Positions 36,995 to 46,649 of a DNA stretch of 64,000 nucleotides are shown here, one piece after another. The notes beneath the pieces are model-generated. The model was not told where the DNA came from. It did not search any database and worked only from the letters and a program-made list of their open reading frames with translations. Source of the DNA: Patescibacteria group bacterium (GTDB lineage: Bacteria; Patescibacteriota; Patescibacteriia; Magasanikbacterales; GWA2-37-8); the NCBI GenBank assembly GCA_028705565.1, contig JAQWDH010000004.1:11728-75727 (forward strand), given 5' to 3'. Numbering within the stretch: the stretch's first letter is position 1; every line of letters begins with the position of its first letter. Both the position numbers and the translations under genes were made by a program.

Positions 36995-37807
36995 TTATTT
37001 AATTGTCTGTACTATCCGATCAACAGTGGAATCGATATCAAAAGCTTCTCTTTCGCTGGTGCAAACCTTTCTTTGTTCTTCAACATAATTATTGCAATTA
37101 GGATATTGCAAAGTAAAGCTAACTTTTACAAGCTTATCACTTTTGGTAGTGGTATAAGTGTATGACGAATAGACACTGCCAGTCGCACCTTCATGCTTAA
37201 CATTTACGCAATAAGTTCTGTCATCAACCACTCTTTGCAAAGTGATATCAGACATGCTGCTTATTTCTTGTGGCGTGGTTTTACAAGAATACGTGCCAGT
37301 TTCTATCGTGATAACCGGAGGCCATTCCTCAACGCTCACATATTTTGTCAGTAGTTCTGTCGGATATTGAAACGTTATGCCTTGATCATTGGTGGTTGTC
37401 GTCCATAAATTATTGCCAGACTCAGAATTATTATTTTCGGCAATAGTCCAAATTGTATAAAACCGACTATATTGATGTCTAGTTAAAACAATGGTCTTGT
37501 CGGATGATTTATAAAAATATCCCGATCCCATTTGATCCGTGTATTCATATCCACGGTCTTTCATAAAAGTTTCAACTACCGTAGGGCCACCTTTGCTTTT
37601 CGTAAGATATTTATTGTCCGTGCCAGACAATTTGACCATATCCGACTTGCCGAAAGTTAGTTGAGTAATACCTTTGATTTGAGGCCAAGGATTACCTTCT
37701 TGGAAAATTACTGACGAATAGAAAAATGCAAAAATACCCAATACTAAAATAATGAGGGATATAAGCAGTAAAATTTTTTTATTTTTCGAAGAATGTTCAA
37801 AAATCAT
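36995..37807 (-). CDS. Hypothetical secreted/anchored protein (Thr/Ser/Tyr-rich)
   Basis: N-terminal TM/signal; no motif. Confidence 0.35.
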   Translation of the reverse strand: MIFEHSSKNKKILLLISLIILVLGIFAFFYSSVIFQEGNPWPQIKGITQLTFGKSDMVKLSGTDNKYLTKSKGGPTVVETFMKDRGYEYTDQMGSGYFYKSSDKTIVLTRHQYSRFYTIWTIAENNNSESGNNLWTTTTNDQGITFQYPTELLTKYVSVEEWPPVITIETGTYSCKTTPQEISSMSDITLQRVVDDRTYCVNVKHEGATGSVYSSYTYTTTKSDKLVKVSFTLQYPNCNNYVEEQRKVCTSEREAFDIDSTVDRIVQTIK

Positions 37808-37813
37808 AATTGA

Positions 37814-37996
37814 TTATTTTTTCTTCTTATTTCTGATCGCGATAACAACGGTAGTGATAATTAGGATAAGGCCTAGTCCTTGTAATCCGGGACTATCATC
37901 AAATTCACCGAATACGACAAAGAATACCCCCAATAATATTGCTAAAACTTTTAGGACCCAGCATAAAATTTTATTTTTTATATCAGAGTGGTTCAT
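37814..37996 (-). CDS. Small double-TM protein (60 aa)
   Basis: Hydrophobic ORF with a KKKK tail. Confidence 0.3.
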   Translation of the reverse strand: MNHSDIKNKILCWVLKVLAILLGVFFVVFGEFDDSPGLQGLGLILIITTVVIAIRNKKKK

Positions 37997-38159
37997 TTAC
38001 TTATATTATATCTCAAAAATTGATTTTATTGAAGAACCGATTTTTATAAAAAATAAAAACAGCGACCGCAAAAGTCGTTGTTTTTATTTACAATTTATTG
38101 GGTAGTCGGGTCGCACATTCGTCATAGACAAATGGGTTGACTCCGATAATAAATTGTGT

Positions 38160-38247
38160 TGGCGGAGGATGAGGGATTCGAACCCTCGAGGCCTTTCGAC
38201 CAACTGCCTTTCCAGGGCAGCGCCATAAACCACTAGGCGAACCCTCC
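38160..38247 (-). tRNA. tRNA-Ser (anticodon GGA), class II with long variable arm, CCA encoded
   Basis: Reverse complement folds as GGAGGGT acceptor, anticodon loop CTGGAAA, variable arm GGTCgaaaGGCC, T arm GAGGG-TTCGAAT-CCCTC, discriminator G + CCA. Confidence 0.85.
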
Positions 38248-38376
38248 GTGTGTTATATCTTTAAATTATTCAATGTATTTTTTAATAAATATTTTAATCT
38301 TTCTCTGCCTTTGCCTGTTTTTAAAAAAATTTCTTCTCTAATGTCAAAAAGTGATTTATAATTTGATGTTTGTAAT

Positions 38377-39195
38377 TTATTTGTAGTCTGTAATTTGTAA
38401 TTTGGAATTTATTTGTTTTCTAACTTTATTCCAAATCATCAAAAAAGTCAACGACAAAAAAATCGCCGCCATCCCCCACTGCGCCGGCGTAAAATAAAAA
38501 TATCGCGGGTCGCTGGCGTATAAATCATCGGCGCGCAAAAAATCCAGCCAAAAACGCGCGAAAGCGTAAGTCGCGAAAGACATTCCGGCAACAAGCCCCC
38601 ATTTCTTTTTAGCCAATCGCTTAAACAAAAAAATGAAAATAAAAAACAACGAAAAAGCGACTAACGATTCATAAAGTCCCAAATCATGCCTCGCGCCATT
38701 GGAAAAATTCACTGCCAAAAAAAAATTTGATAATCTTCCTGGATGGTCATGGATTATAAAACATCCGATTCTGCCCATCCCCCATCCGAGCCATAAACTC
38801 ACGGCTCCGACATCCAAATACGGTTTGAATTCTTGCCAAGAAAATCCCCTTATTTTATAAAATATATAAACAGCCGCCGCGGCTCCGAAAAATCCTCCGA
38901 GAGAAGACGCGCCGCCTTCCCAAAATTTTAAAATATCAAACGGTCGCAAAATGTAATAAGACGGATTATAAAAAATAATATGAAACGCGCGAGCGCCAAA
39001 CATACCGCCGATAAGTCCCCAAATTGACATATCCAAAACGACATCATCAGACAATATGTATTTTTTCGCGAGACGCAAAACGCAAATCAAAGTCGCTACG
39101 ACTCCAAAAATCACAAATAGGCCCCACACTTGCACAGCGAGAGACCCGACCAAAAACGAATTTATTTGAAAATAAGGAATCATGTAAAAAATCAA
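38377..39195 (-). CDS. lgt: Prolipoprotein diacylglyceryl transferase
   Basis: Multi-TM protein with Lgt signature region GWGMGRIGCFIIHDHPG; 272 aa. Confidence 0.75.
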   Translation of the reverse strand: MIFYMIPYFQINSFLVGSLAVQVWGLFVIFGVVATLICVLRLAKKYILSDDVVLDMSIWGLIGGMFGARAFHIIFYNPSYYILRPFDILKFWEGGASSLGGFFGAAAAVYIFYKIRGFSWQEFKPYLDVGAVSLWLGWGMGRIGCFIIHDHPGRLSNFFLAVNFSNGARHDLGLYESLVAFSLFFIFIFLFKRLAKKKWGLVAGMSFATYAFARFWLDFLRADDLYASDPRYFYFTPAQWGMAAIFLSLTFLMIWNKVRKQINSKLQITDYK

Positions 39196-39204
39196 AAAAC
39201 AAAA

Positions 39205-40527
39205 TTATTTTATGAATTGGATAATTTCTTCCGGCCTGTTTATCACGCGAATATAATCCTCGTCAACACGCCCGATGGTTTTAAAATCAGCGGAAAGCGT
39301 ATGAATAAAATCCAAAAGCGGCTGCCAAAATTCTTTGCCGTAAAGCAAAATCGGAATCGGCTTTATTTTTTTTGTTTCCAAAAGAGTAAGCATTTCAAAA
39401 AGCTGATGCATTGTCCCGAATCCGCCTGGAAAAAATACAAACGCCTTTGCCGGAGACGTAATCATCAATTTGCGCACGAAATGAAAATAAAAACCGATTG
39501 ATTTGGTTAAATAATTATTAAACCTTTCCCCCCTGTCAAAACGCATATTTATGCCTATACTCTCTCCTCCTGTTTCAAACGCGCCTTTATTCACCGCTTC
39601 CATAATTCCAGGACCGCCTCCGGTAACGACAGAATATTTATTTTGCGCCAAAACCTTTCCGGCTTCGTAAGCGGCCTGGTAATAACTTGACCCCGGCAGA
39701 ATGCTTTTTGTTCCCAAAATTGTCACATTATTTGAAAGTTTTGTTATAAATTCAAAACCGTCCACCAACTCTGCCATAATCCTGAAAATTTTCCAATCAA
39801 CTCCTTTGCAATTCATACCAACACAAAGATTCGGGCGATCCGGCGTGTCTTTGACAAACTCAAACGCTTCTTCCGCAGTTTCAACCAAATGTAAATTTTT
39901 TATATCCAAATCGCCGATTGAGTGCGCTTCGCCTGCTGATTTTTTTCTGAGAAAATCAAAAATCGGCTGCCAAAATTCTTTGCCAACCATTATCACCGGT
40001 GATTTATCCATATGCCCCAGTTCCATTAAATCAACAACTTCAAAAAATTCATCCAATGTGCCGAATCCGCCGGGAAAAAATACAAACGCGTTGGCTGGAG
40101 ATGTTAACATTACTTTGCGCGTGAAGAAATAATAAAAACCCGCGTATTTTTTCACATAAGGATTTATGCGTTGTTCAAATGGAAGCTGGATATTCAAACC
40201 GACCGACTCGCCTCCAGTTTCAAACGCGCCCTTGTTAGCGGCTTCCATAATTCCTGGTCCGCCGCCGGTGATTGTCGTAAATTTATTTTTTCCAAGCAAC
40301 CTTCCGAATTCCTCGGCGATTTTGTAATATTTGCTGTTCATTGGCAACCGAGCCGAACCCAATATGGTGACTTCTCTTTCAATTTTGCCTAAAAACTCAT
40401 AACCTTCAACGAACTCGGACATTATTTTAAAAATTCTCCAACTGTCGCGAAAATCAACCGCCGCGCCACCCGTAACGAACTGTTCTTTATTGTTTTTTTG
40501 CTCGGCCGCGATTTTTTGTTTAGGCAT
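39205..40527 (-). CDS. Tandem LOG-family (TIGR00730, cytokinin riboside 5'-monophosphate phosphoribohydrolase-like) fusion protein
   Basis: Two complete LOG domains, each with GGGPGIMEA and PGGFGT(L/M) motifs. The two halves are also strongly similar at nucleotide level (for example 39415-39500 versus 40055-40140). Confidence 0.8.
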   Translation of the reverse strand: MPKQKIAAEQKNNKEQFVTGGAAVDFRDSWRIFKIMSEFVEGYEFLGKIEREVTILGSARLPMNSKYYKIAEEFGRLLGKNKFTTITGGGPGIMEAANKGAFETGGESVGLNIQLPFEQRINPYVKKYAGFYYFFTRKVMLTSPANAFVFFPGGFGTLDEFFEVVDLMELGHMDKSPVIMVGKEFWQPIFDFLRKKSAGEAHSIGDLDIKNLHLVETAEEAFEFVKDTPDRPNLCVGMNCKGVDWKIFRIMAELVDGFEFITKLSNNVTILGTKSILPGSSYYQAAYEAGKVLAQNKYSVVTGGGPGIMEAVNKGAFETGGESIGINMRFDRGERFNNYLTKSIGFYFHFVRKLMITSPAKAFVFFPGGFGTMHQLFEMLTLLETKKIKPIPILLYGKEFWQPLLDFIHTLSADFKTIGRVDEDYIRVINRPEEIIQFIK

Positions 40528-40557
40528 AAATAAATTTTAATAATAACATTAAAAAAT

Positions 40558-42015
40558 TCAATTCTTTTCCAATTCTTTTCCAATTCTCAAAACCAAATCT
40601 TCCCTGAATCTCGGTCCGATAATTTGCGCGCCTATCGGCAAACCGGAATAATTTTCTCCGGCAGGAACCGACATCGCAGGAACTCCCGCAACCGCCGCCG
40701 GACTTACCATAATATCCGCGAGATAAAGCGCCAATGGATTGTCTATTTTTTCTCCCAAATCAAATGGAGAAAAAGGAGATGTTGGCGTTATGAGCGCGTC
40801 AACTTTTTTAAATATCTCGTCAAAATCATTTTTAATAAGTGTGCGAACTTTTTGAGCTTTTTTATAATAAGCATCGTAATATCCGGATGACAACGCGTAT
40901 GTTCCGATTAAAATTCTTCGTTTAACTTCCTCTGGAAATCCGTCAGCGCGTGAATTTGCGTAAATGTCAAAAAGATTATTCGCGTCCGCGCGCAAACCGT
41001 AACGAATACCATCCAAACGCGCAAGATTGGAGCTGTCTTCGCTTGGAACTATGATATAATAAACAGCAATGGCATATTTTGTATAAGGCAAACTCACTTG
41101 TTTAATTTTACATCCGGCTTTTTCCAAAATGTCAATTTTTTTATAAGTTAATTCTTTAATTTCCTCATTAAGCCCTTCCAATTCAAAATATTCTTTCGGA
41201 ACGCCGATTTTTAAACCCTTTACGCCTTTTTTTAATTCTTCTACATAATTTGGAACCGCGTCCGACACAGTGGTAGCGTCCATTTTGTCATTGCCGGCCA
41301 TTATTTCCATCAAAAACGCGACATCGTCAACGCTTTTGGCAATAGGTCCGACAGTATCCAAAGAAGATGCCATTGACATAATTCCAAAACGGGAATTGCG
41401 CCCGTAAGACGGACGCATACCGACAACTCCGCAAAAACTCGCCGGCTGACGAATTGAACCCCCCGTGTCTTCCGCGACAGCAAAAATACACATATTATCC
41501 GCGACAGCCGCGGCCGAACCGCCGGAAGAGCCACCGGCGACTTTTTTTGTGTTACGCGGATTGCGGACAGGTCCATACATACTGTTTTCATTGCTCGCTC
41601 CGTGCCCGAAAGCGTCGCAATTATTCTTACCCAAAAGCACAGCGCCTTGTTCGCGAATTTTTTTTATCACGGTCGCGTCAAACGGAGGAACATAATTATC
41701 CAAAATTTTAGACGCGCCAGTTGAGCGAACTCCCGCGGTGCAAATAGCGTCTTTTACGGCGAAAGGGATTCCAGTAAGAGGCCATGCTTCGCCTCTTTCA
41801 ATCGTTTCATCCGCCCTCACCGCTTCTTTCATTGCTAAATCTTCGCAAACTGTAATAAATGCGTTGATTTCTCCATCGCGTTTTTTTATTCTATCCAAAC
41901 AAGCCGCCGTTAATTCCACGGAAGTAAAATCTTTTTTATTTAATCCATCTTTCGCTTCTCTGATTGTCAACTCATTCAAATTCATAAATAATGAATGCTG
42001 TTTAATTTTCTTCAA
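40558..42015 (-). CDS. gatA: Glutamyl-tRNA(Gln)/aspartyl-tRNA(Asn) amidotransferase subunit A
   Basis: Amidase signature GGSSGGSAAAVA, Ser-cisSer-Lys triad context. Confidence 0.9.
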   Translation of the reverse strand: MKKIKQHSLFMNLNELTIREAKDGLNKKDFTSVELTAACLDRIKKRDGEINAFITVCEDLAMKEAVRADETIERGEAWPLTGIPFAVKDAICTAGVRSTGASKILDNYVPPFDATVIKKIREQGAVLLGKNNCDAFGHGASNENSMYGPVRNPRNTKKVAGGSSGGSAAAVADNMCIFAVAEDTGGSIRQPASFCGVVGMRPSYGRNSRFGIMSMASSLDTVGPIAKSVDDVAFLMEIMAGNDKMDATTVSDAVPNYVEELKKGVKGLKIGVPKEYFELEGLNEEIKELTYKKIDILEKAGCKIKQVSLPYTKYAIAVYYIIVPSEDSSNLARLDGIRYGLRADANNLFDIYANSRADGFPEEVKRRILIGTYALSSGYYDAYYKKAQKVRTLIKNDFDEIFKKVDALITPTSPFSPFDLGEKIDNPLALYLADIMVSPAAVAGVPAMSVPAGENYSGLPIGAQIIGPRFREDLVLRIGKELEKN

Positions 42016-42295
42016 ACACGGCGGGCACAGCCAATTTTCCGTCCTTCACTAAAGGCATCTGTTCAATCAATTCTTTTTGCGAATCCTTGCCCCTGATTTC
42101 ATCCAAACGAACGATATTTTTAAGACCGGTCACCTGCGATGTCAATTCAACATTTTCAGTGTCAACTTCATTCAAAACATCCATATAATCCAAAACAGCC
42201 GAAATAGTTTCGGCGTGCCTCTGCTCTTCTTCCGGCGTAAGCGCGATACGCGCCAATTTCGCCAATTTTTTTACCTCTTCAACAGTAATGCTCAT
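42002..42295 (-). CDS. gatC: Amidotransferase subunit C
   Basis: MSITVEEVKKLAKLARIALTPEE... is typical of GatC. The longer track ORF begins with TTG and an implausible N-terminus, so this is trimmed to ATG at 42293-42295. Confidence 0.75.
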   Translation of the reverse strand: MSITVEEVKKLAKLARIALTPEEEQRHAETISAVLDYMDVLNEVDTENVELTSQVTGLKNIVRLDEIRGKDSQKELIEQMPLVKDGKLAVPAVFEEN

Positions 42296-42406
42296 AACAG
42301 CGATATTATATAAAAAAAACGAATTATTGGCAATACGCGTTGACTGTTTCATTAAAAAATGGTTAGCTACATGCAATAAACTCTTAGTAGGAGTTAGGAG
42401 GAAAAA

Positions 42407-42718
42407 ATGGATAGCACTTTAATAATATTTGGGATAATAACAATAATTTCTTTTTGCTGCATAACGACTTTTGGCATTGCCGGATATGAAGGTAGGTGGA
42501 AAAAAAAATGGCCGATTGTCGGTTCTGGAATTTCATGGCTTATAGCGGCGATAAACGTATTACTGTTTTTTGGCTATGTCGGAGAATCCACAATCGGAAT
42601 GCTGTTGTTTGTGTTATTTTTATCCCCGACAATTTATTTTTTTTATTTTCAAAAAAATCTTATAGTTATAAATAATCTCAGAGAAAAATATATCAAAGAA
42701 AAAGATGATGAAAAATGA
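42407..42718 (+). CDS. Small membrane protein
   Basis: Three hydrophobic helices. Confidence 0.3.
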   Translation: MDSTLIIFGIITIISFCCITTFGIAGYEGRWKKKWPIVGSGISWLIAAINVLLFFGYVGESTIGMLLFVLFLSPTIYFFYFQKNLIVINNLREKYIKEKDDEK

Positions 42719-42770
42719 AAACAACGCGAGAGGTTGCCAAAACCTCTCTTTTTAATTATGATATCGTGGT

Positions 42771-43247
42771 ATGAAAACAATAACGAAAACTGAAAAAGAA
42801 ACGATTGACTTCGGAAAAAAACTCGCGAAAACGCTAAAAGGCGGGGATGTTTTATTGTTCTACGGAGAACTTGGCGCAGGAAAAACCGCCATGACCAAAG
42901 GCATTGCCGAAGGATTGGGAATTAAAAATAAAATCACATCCCCGACTTTCGCCTTGATGAATGTTTATAAAAACACCTCTATACAGATGGTTTCTCGCGA
43001 GAGAAAAAAAAATCCGCCGAAAACAAATTCGCCTTTGACGAAAATTAAAAAATTTGTCCACATAGATACTTATCGCCTTAAAGATGAAGGCGAACTGATT
43101 GAAATCGGCGTTGAAGATTATTTGGGCGCGCCAGACACGGTGTGCGTTGTTGAATGGCCTGAAAAACTATCTGAATTATTAAAAAATAAAAAAATAAAAA
43201 AAATAAAAATTGAACACCAAGACAACGGAAGAGTAATAATCGTTTAA
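42771..43247 (+). CDS. tsaE: tRNA threonylcarbamoyladenosine biosynthesis protein TsaE (YjeE)
   Basis: P-loop GELGAGKT and the TsaE pattern SPTF.L...Y. Confidence 0.7.
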   Translation: MKTITKTEKETIDFGKKLAKTLKGGDVLLFYGELGAGKTAMTKGIAEGLGIKNKITSPTFALMNVYKNTSIQMVSRERKKNPPKTNSPLTKIKKFVHIDTYRLKDEGELIEIGVEDYLGAPDTVCVVEWPEKLSELLKNKKIKKIKIEHQDNGRVIIV

Positions 43248-43260
43248 AAATATCCGGCGT

Positions 43261-43941
43261 TTAAACCGGATATTTTAATTTTTCAGTCGCGTATCTGTAC
43301 ATCACCCGCGGCATTTTTTTAACATATTTATCCAAAAAATTCCGCAAAACTTTTTCATCTCTTTTTCCAATCTCGCGCAACATCCAGCCAACGGATTTTT
43401 GAATCAAATCGTGCGGATGCTTTAAATACATTTTTGCCAATTTTAAAGTATCCGCGAATTGATTTTTCCGTATAAACTCAAAAGTGGCGACTATCGCGAT
43501 TCGTTCGCTCCATAAATGTTTGCTTTTCGCCAATTTATATAACACGCTCCTCGGCTTATCAAGCAAATAAAATCCTAAAATTTTTCCTGCTGACAAATCA
43601 ACCAGATCCCAATTATTCACCCTGTCCAAATTAGCCAAATAAAAATCAACGATTTTTTTTCGTTCTTCTTCGCCGGCTTTCAACATTTTGAAAGTCAAAA
43701 TAATCAGTCCTGTCAAACGGTCTTCGTGAAAACGGCTTAAAAGTAATTTTTTTACATCATTCAAATTCGCTGTTTGATAATATCTATTCGCGATCGCGCG
43801 CTGGTCCGGAACTGTTATCGCGAGCATTTTGTCGCCTTCGGCATATTGCCCTTTGCCTGTTTTAAAAAAACTTGATAAAATTTTTAGTTTCTTGGGATTG
43901 GCTTTCTTCCTTAATTCTTTTTTTATCTTATCGCAAATCAT
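43261..43941 (-). CDS. DNA alkylation repair protein (AlkD/AlkC-like HEAT-repeat glycosylase family)
   Basis: ANLDRVNNWDLVD and WMLREIGK motifs. Start set at MICDKIKK; the track's longer start (44010) lies inside a palindromic repeat. Confidence 0.6.
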   Translation of the reverse strand: MICDKIKKELRKKANPKKLKILSSFFKTGKGQYAEGDKMLAITVPDQRAIANRYYQTANLNDVKKLLLSRFHEDRLTGLIILTFKMLKAGEEERKKIVDFYLANLDRVNNWDLVDLSAGKILGFYLLDKPRSVLYKLAKSKHLWSERIAIVATFEFIRKNQFADTLKLAKMYLKHPHDLIQKSVGWMLREIGKRDEKVLRNFLDKYVKKMPRVMYRYATEKLKYPV

Positions 43942-44003
43942 ACAAAATCTTCGCGTCTTAAATTTTAATTTAAAGCCTTGAATGAGAATGTCGCCAAATA
44001 CGT

Positions 44004-44158
44004 TTGTCATCCCGAGCGAGGCTCACGCCGAAGAGGGATCTCTATTCAACAAATTATAACCGGACAGAGATCCCCTGCCTACCGGTTTACATACCGTAGG
44101 TATGCAGGCAGGCTCGTCATTTCATTCCTCGGGATGACAATTAATCCCCGAGGAACTA
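44004..44158. repeat. MITE/REP-like GC-rich palindromic element (about 150 bp) with 11-bp perfect terminal inverted repeats gtcatcccgag / ctcgggatgac and nested inverted repeats
   Basis: Arms at 44006-44016 and 44128-44138; inner pair gggatctct/agagatccc. The core ttgtcatccc is shared with the repeats at 29236 and 58381-58490. Confidence 0.55.
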
Positions 44159-44173
44159 ATTGAAATCTTTGCG

Positions 44174-44713
44174 CTATTCGGCGACAGTCCATGAATATGC
44201 GCATCCGCAATAATTTTGTCTGTAAATATTTTTATTTTTTACAAACTCCGCGGATTTTTCCTGTCTCCCGTCTTTTTTCCAATCTTCCTCAAAAAATTTC
44301 ACGCCGTATTTTTTTCCGATTGCCAAACCAAGCGGATTTATAATATCCGCTTTTTTATTTCTCCCCATTGTAAGAGTCGTGGCAAAAATTTCAAACCCTT
44401 TGTCTTTCGCTGTCGCGGCTGTTTTTTCCAAACGCAAACCAAAGCATATTGGACATCTACCGCCACCTTCCGGTTCGTCTTCTTTGCCTTTCACAATTTC
44501 TTGCCATTTATCAATTTCATAATCCATATCAATCATCGGTACTCCAAATTCTTCGCACACGCGAATAACTTCGGCTTTGCGTTTCAAATACTCCTCTTCC
44601 GGATAAATATTCGGATTATAAAAAAACACGGTCAGATCGTATTTGCTTTTTAATTCGTCAATTATCGCGATGCCGCATGGCGCGCAACAGGTATGCAATA
44701 AAAATTTTTCCAT
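44174..44713 (-). CDS. queH: Epoxyqueuosine reductase QueH (DUF208)
   Basis: LLHTCCAPC, CPICFGLRLE, YRQNYCGCAYS; 179 aa. Confidence 0.85.
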   Translation of the reverse strand: MEKFLLHTCCAPCGIAIIDELKSKYDLTVFFYNPNIYPEEEYLKRKAEVIRVCEEFGVPMIDMDYEIDKWQEIVKGKEDEPEGGGRCPICFGLRLEKTAATAKDKGFEIFATTLTMGRNKKADIINPLGLAIGKKYGVKFFEEDWKKDGRQEKSAEFVKNKNIYRQNYCGCAYSWTVAE

Positions 44714-44730
44714 AAAATAATATACTATTT

Positions 44731-45978
44731 TTATCTAATATACTTGCTTCCTTTTAATTCTGGGGGCAAATAATCCTGCTCCTCTTTATAATTAAAATCC
44801 GGACTGTATTTATAATCTTTTCCGTATCCGATTTCTTTCATAAATTTCGTCGGCGCGTTACGCAAATGGATGGGAACCCCAAGATGAGACGTGGCGCGCG
44901 CGTCCTCTGCCGCTTTTTCATACGCTTTATAAAGCAAATTTGATTTTGATGATTTCGCGCAGTACACAACCGCCTGCGCAAGATGCACCGAGCATTCCGG
45001 CATTCCGATTTTATGGCAAGCGTCGTAAACGGCGTTTGCCTGTATCAATGCTTCGCTATTAGCCATTCCGATGTCTTCACTCGCGAAACGAAGTACTCGC
45101 CTTGCCACATAAAGCGGGTCGGCCCCTCCTTCCAACATTCGCGCCAACCAATACAAAGCCGCGTTCGCGTCGCTTCCGCGCATTGATTTATGCAGAGCGG
45201 AAATAAGATTATAAAACTCCTCGCCTTGTTTATCAAACACTAAATGTGTTCGTTGCAAGGCCTCTTTAATGTCTTCATTTGACAATGCTATTTCTGTTTT
45301 TATGGACTTTCCGATTTTTGATTTTACCGCCAGATCCAACCCGTTTAAAGCCGCGCGCGCGTCGCCTCCGGACAATTCAGCCAAAAATTCTATTGTTTTA
45401 CCGTTAATTTCAATTTTTATTTTGCCAAATCCCCTGTTCTTATCCGCAATCGCCGCTTTGATGATTTTAATTATGTCTTTTTCCTCTAAATTTTTTAAAA
45501 TAAAAACGCGCGAGCGGGATAATAACGCGCCAATAATTTCAAAAGAAGGATTTTCCGTTGTCGCTCCAATTAAAATCACCAACCCTTTTTCCACAAAAGG
45601 CAAAAGCGCGTCTTGCTGGGCTTTATTCCACCTGTGAATTTCGTCAATAAATAAAATCGTCCGCTGACCATTTTTTTCCAAAACGGTTTTCGCCTCCGCG
45701 ACAGCTTTTTTTAAATCTTCTTTTCCGCTGTTCACGGCCGACAAAACAATGAAACGCGATTTTGTTTGTTCTGAAATAATATTCGCCAAAGTCGTTTTGC
45801 CCACGCCAGGAGGACCCCAAAAAATAATTGACGACAATTCATCGTTTTCAATCAATTTGCGCAAAAGTTTTCCTTCGCCGACTATTTCTTCCTGCCCGAA
45901 AAATTCGCTAAAATTTTTCGGTCTCATTCTATCTGCCAAAGGCGCGGGAAACTCAAAAATTTTTTTAATAACAGCCAT
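44731..45978 (-). CDS. rarA: Replication-associated recombination protein A (AAA+ ATPase RarA/MgsA)
   Basis: [19 protein letters not shown], arginine finger region, MgsA C-terminal domain. Confidence 0.9.
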   Translation of the reverse strand: MAVIKKIFEFPAPLADRMRPKNFSEFFGQEEIVGEGKLLRKLIENDELSSIIFWGPPGVGKTTLANIISEQTKSRFIVLSAVNSGKEDLKKAVAEAKTVLEKNGQRTILFIDEIHRWNKAQQDALLPFVEKGLVILIGATTENPSFEIIGALLSRSRVFILKNLEEKDIIKIIKAAIADKNRGFGKIKIEINGKTIEFLAELSGGDARAALNGLDLAVKSKIGKSIKTEIALSNEDIKEALQRTHLVFDKQGEEFYNLISALHKSMRGSDANAALYWLARMLEGGADPLYVARRVLRFASEDIGMANSEALIQANAVYDACHKIGMPECSVHLAQAVVYCAKSSKSNLLYKAYEKAAEDARATSHLGVPIHLRNAPTKFMKEIGYGKDYKYSPDFNYKEEQDYLPPELKGSKYIR

Positions 45979-45979
45979 A

Positions 45980-46645
45980 TTATTTGCCGATGATTTTCGC
46001 CATAAATATGTCCAATACGATTTTTATTCCTTCTTTCGTTCCTTGTCCATATTCAAAATACCTAACCTCTACCGGAAATTCCGCGAATTCAAGTTTTTTT
46101 TCTTTAATCAACGCGACAATTTCCGAATTGTGCGCCATGCCGTCCCGCGTGATTTTAAGTTCAGCCAAAGCGCGGCGCGACAAAACTCTAAAACCATTAT
46201 GCGCGTCGGATAATTTTAGGCCTGTCAAAAAATAATTTACCAAACGCGCGACTGGTAAAACAAAATAACGCTTTAAAAAAGGCAAACACGACCTTCCGTC
46301 CAAAAATCTTGAGCCCAACACTATATCCAAATTATTTTTTCGCAAAAAATCAACCGCGGGAATTATATCAGCAGGATTAAATTGCCCGTCGCCGTCAAAA
46401 TGAACCGCATATTCGGCCCCGTTCAAAAACGCGTATTCATCGCCTGTTTGCAAAGCCGCGCCTTGCCCTCTGTTTATTTTATGGGATAAAACAATCGCCC
46501 CGGCCGCGCGCGCGTTTTCGGCCGTCTTATCGTTTGAACCGTCGTCCACAACAATAATTTTTTCCGCGCCATGTTCAAAAAGGCCGCTTATAACGCGGCC
46601 GATTTTCTTTTCTTCATTAAACGCCGGGACTATCGCCCAAATCAT
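45980..46645 (-). CDS. GT2 glycosyltransferase, polyprenol-phosphate mannose/glucose synthase-like (start trimmed to MIWAIVPAFNEE)
   Basis: PAFNEE, VVDDGSNDKT, DGDGQ motifs. Confidence 0.7.
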   Translation of the reverse strand: MIWAIVPAFNEEKKIGRVISGLFEHGAEKIIVVDDGSNDKTAENARAAGAIVLSHKINRGQGAALQTGDEYAFLNGAEYAVHFDGDGQFNPADIIPAVDFLRKNNLDIVLGSRFLDGRSCLPFLKRYFVLPVARLVNYFLTGLKLSDAHNGFRVLSRRALAELKITRDGMAHNSEIVALIKEKKLEFAEFPVEVRYFEYGQGTKEGIKIVLDIFMAKIIGK

Positions 46646-46649
46646 AAGA

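Noticed and set aside
38340-38400. Short tandem tgtaattt repeats (three copies) upstream of tRNA-Ser
   Set aside because: They overlap the 3' end of lgt and are AT-rich low-complexity sequence of the kind expected by chance here; too weak to call a regulatory repeat.
42002-42376. 124-aa GatC ORF as given in the track
   Set aside because: The track ORF starts at a TTG and adds 27 residues (MHVANHFLMKQSTRIANNSFFLYNIAV) that are unlike GatC. It was trimmed to the internal ATG (MSITVEEV...), which gives a typical ~97-aa GatC.
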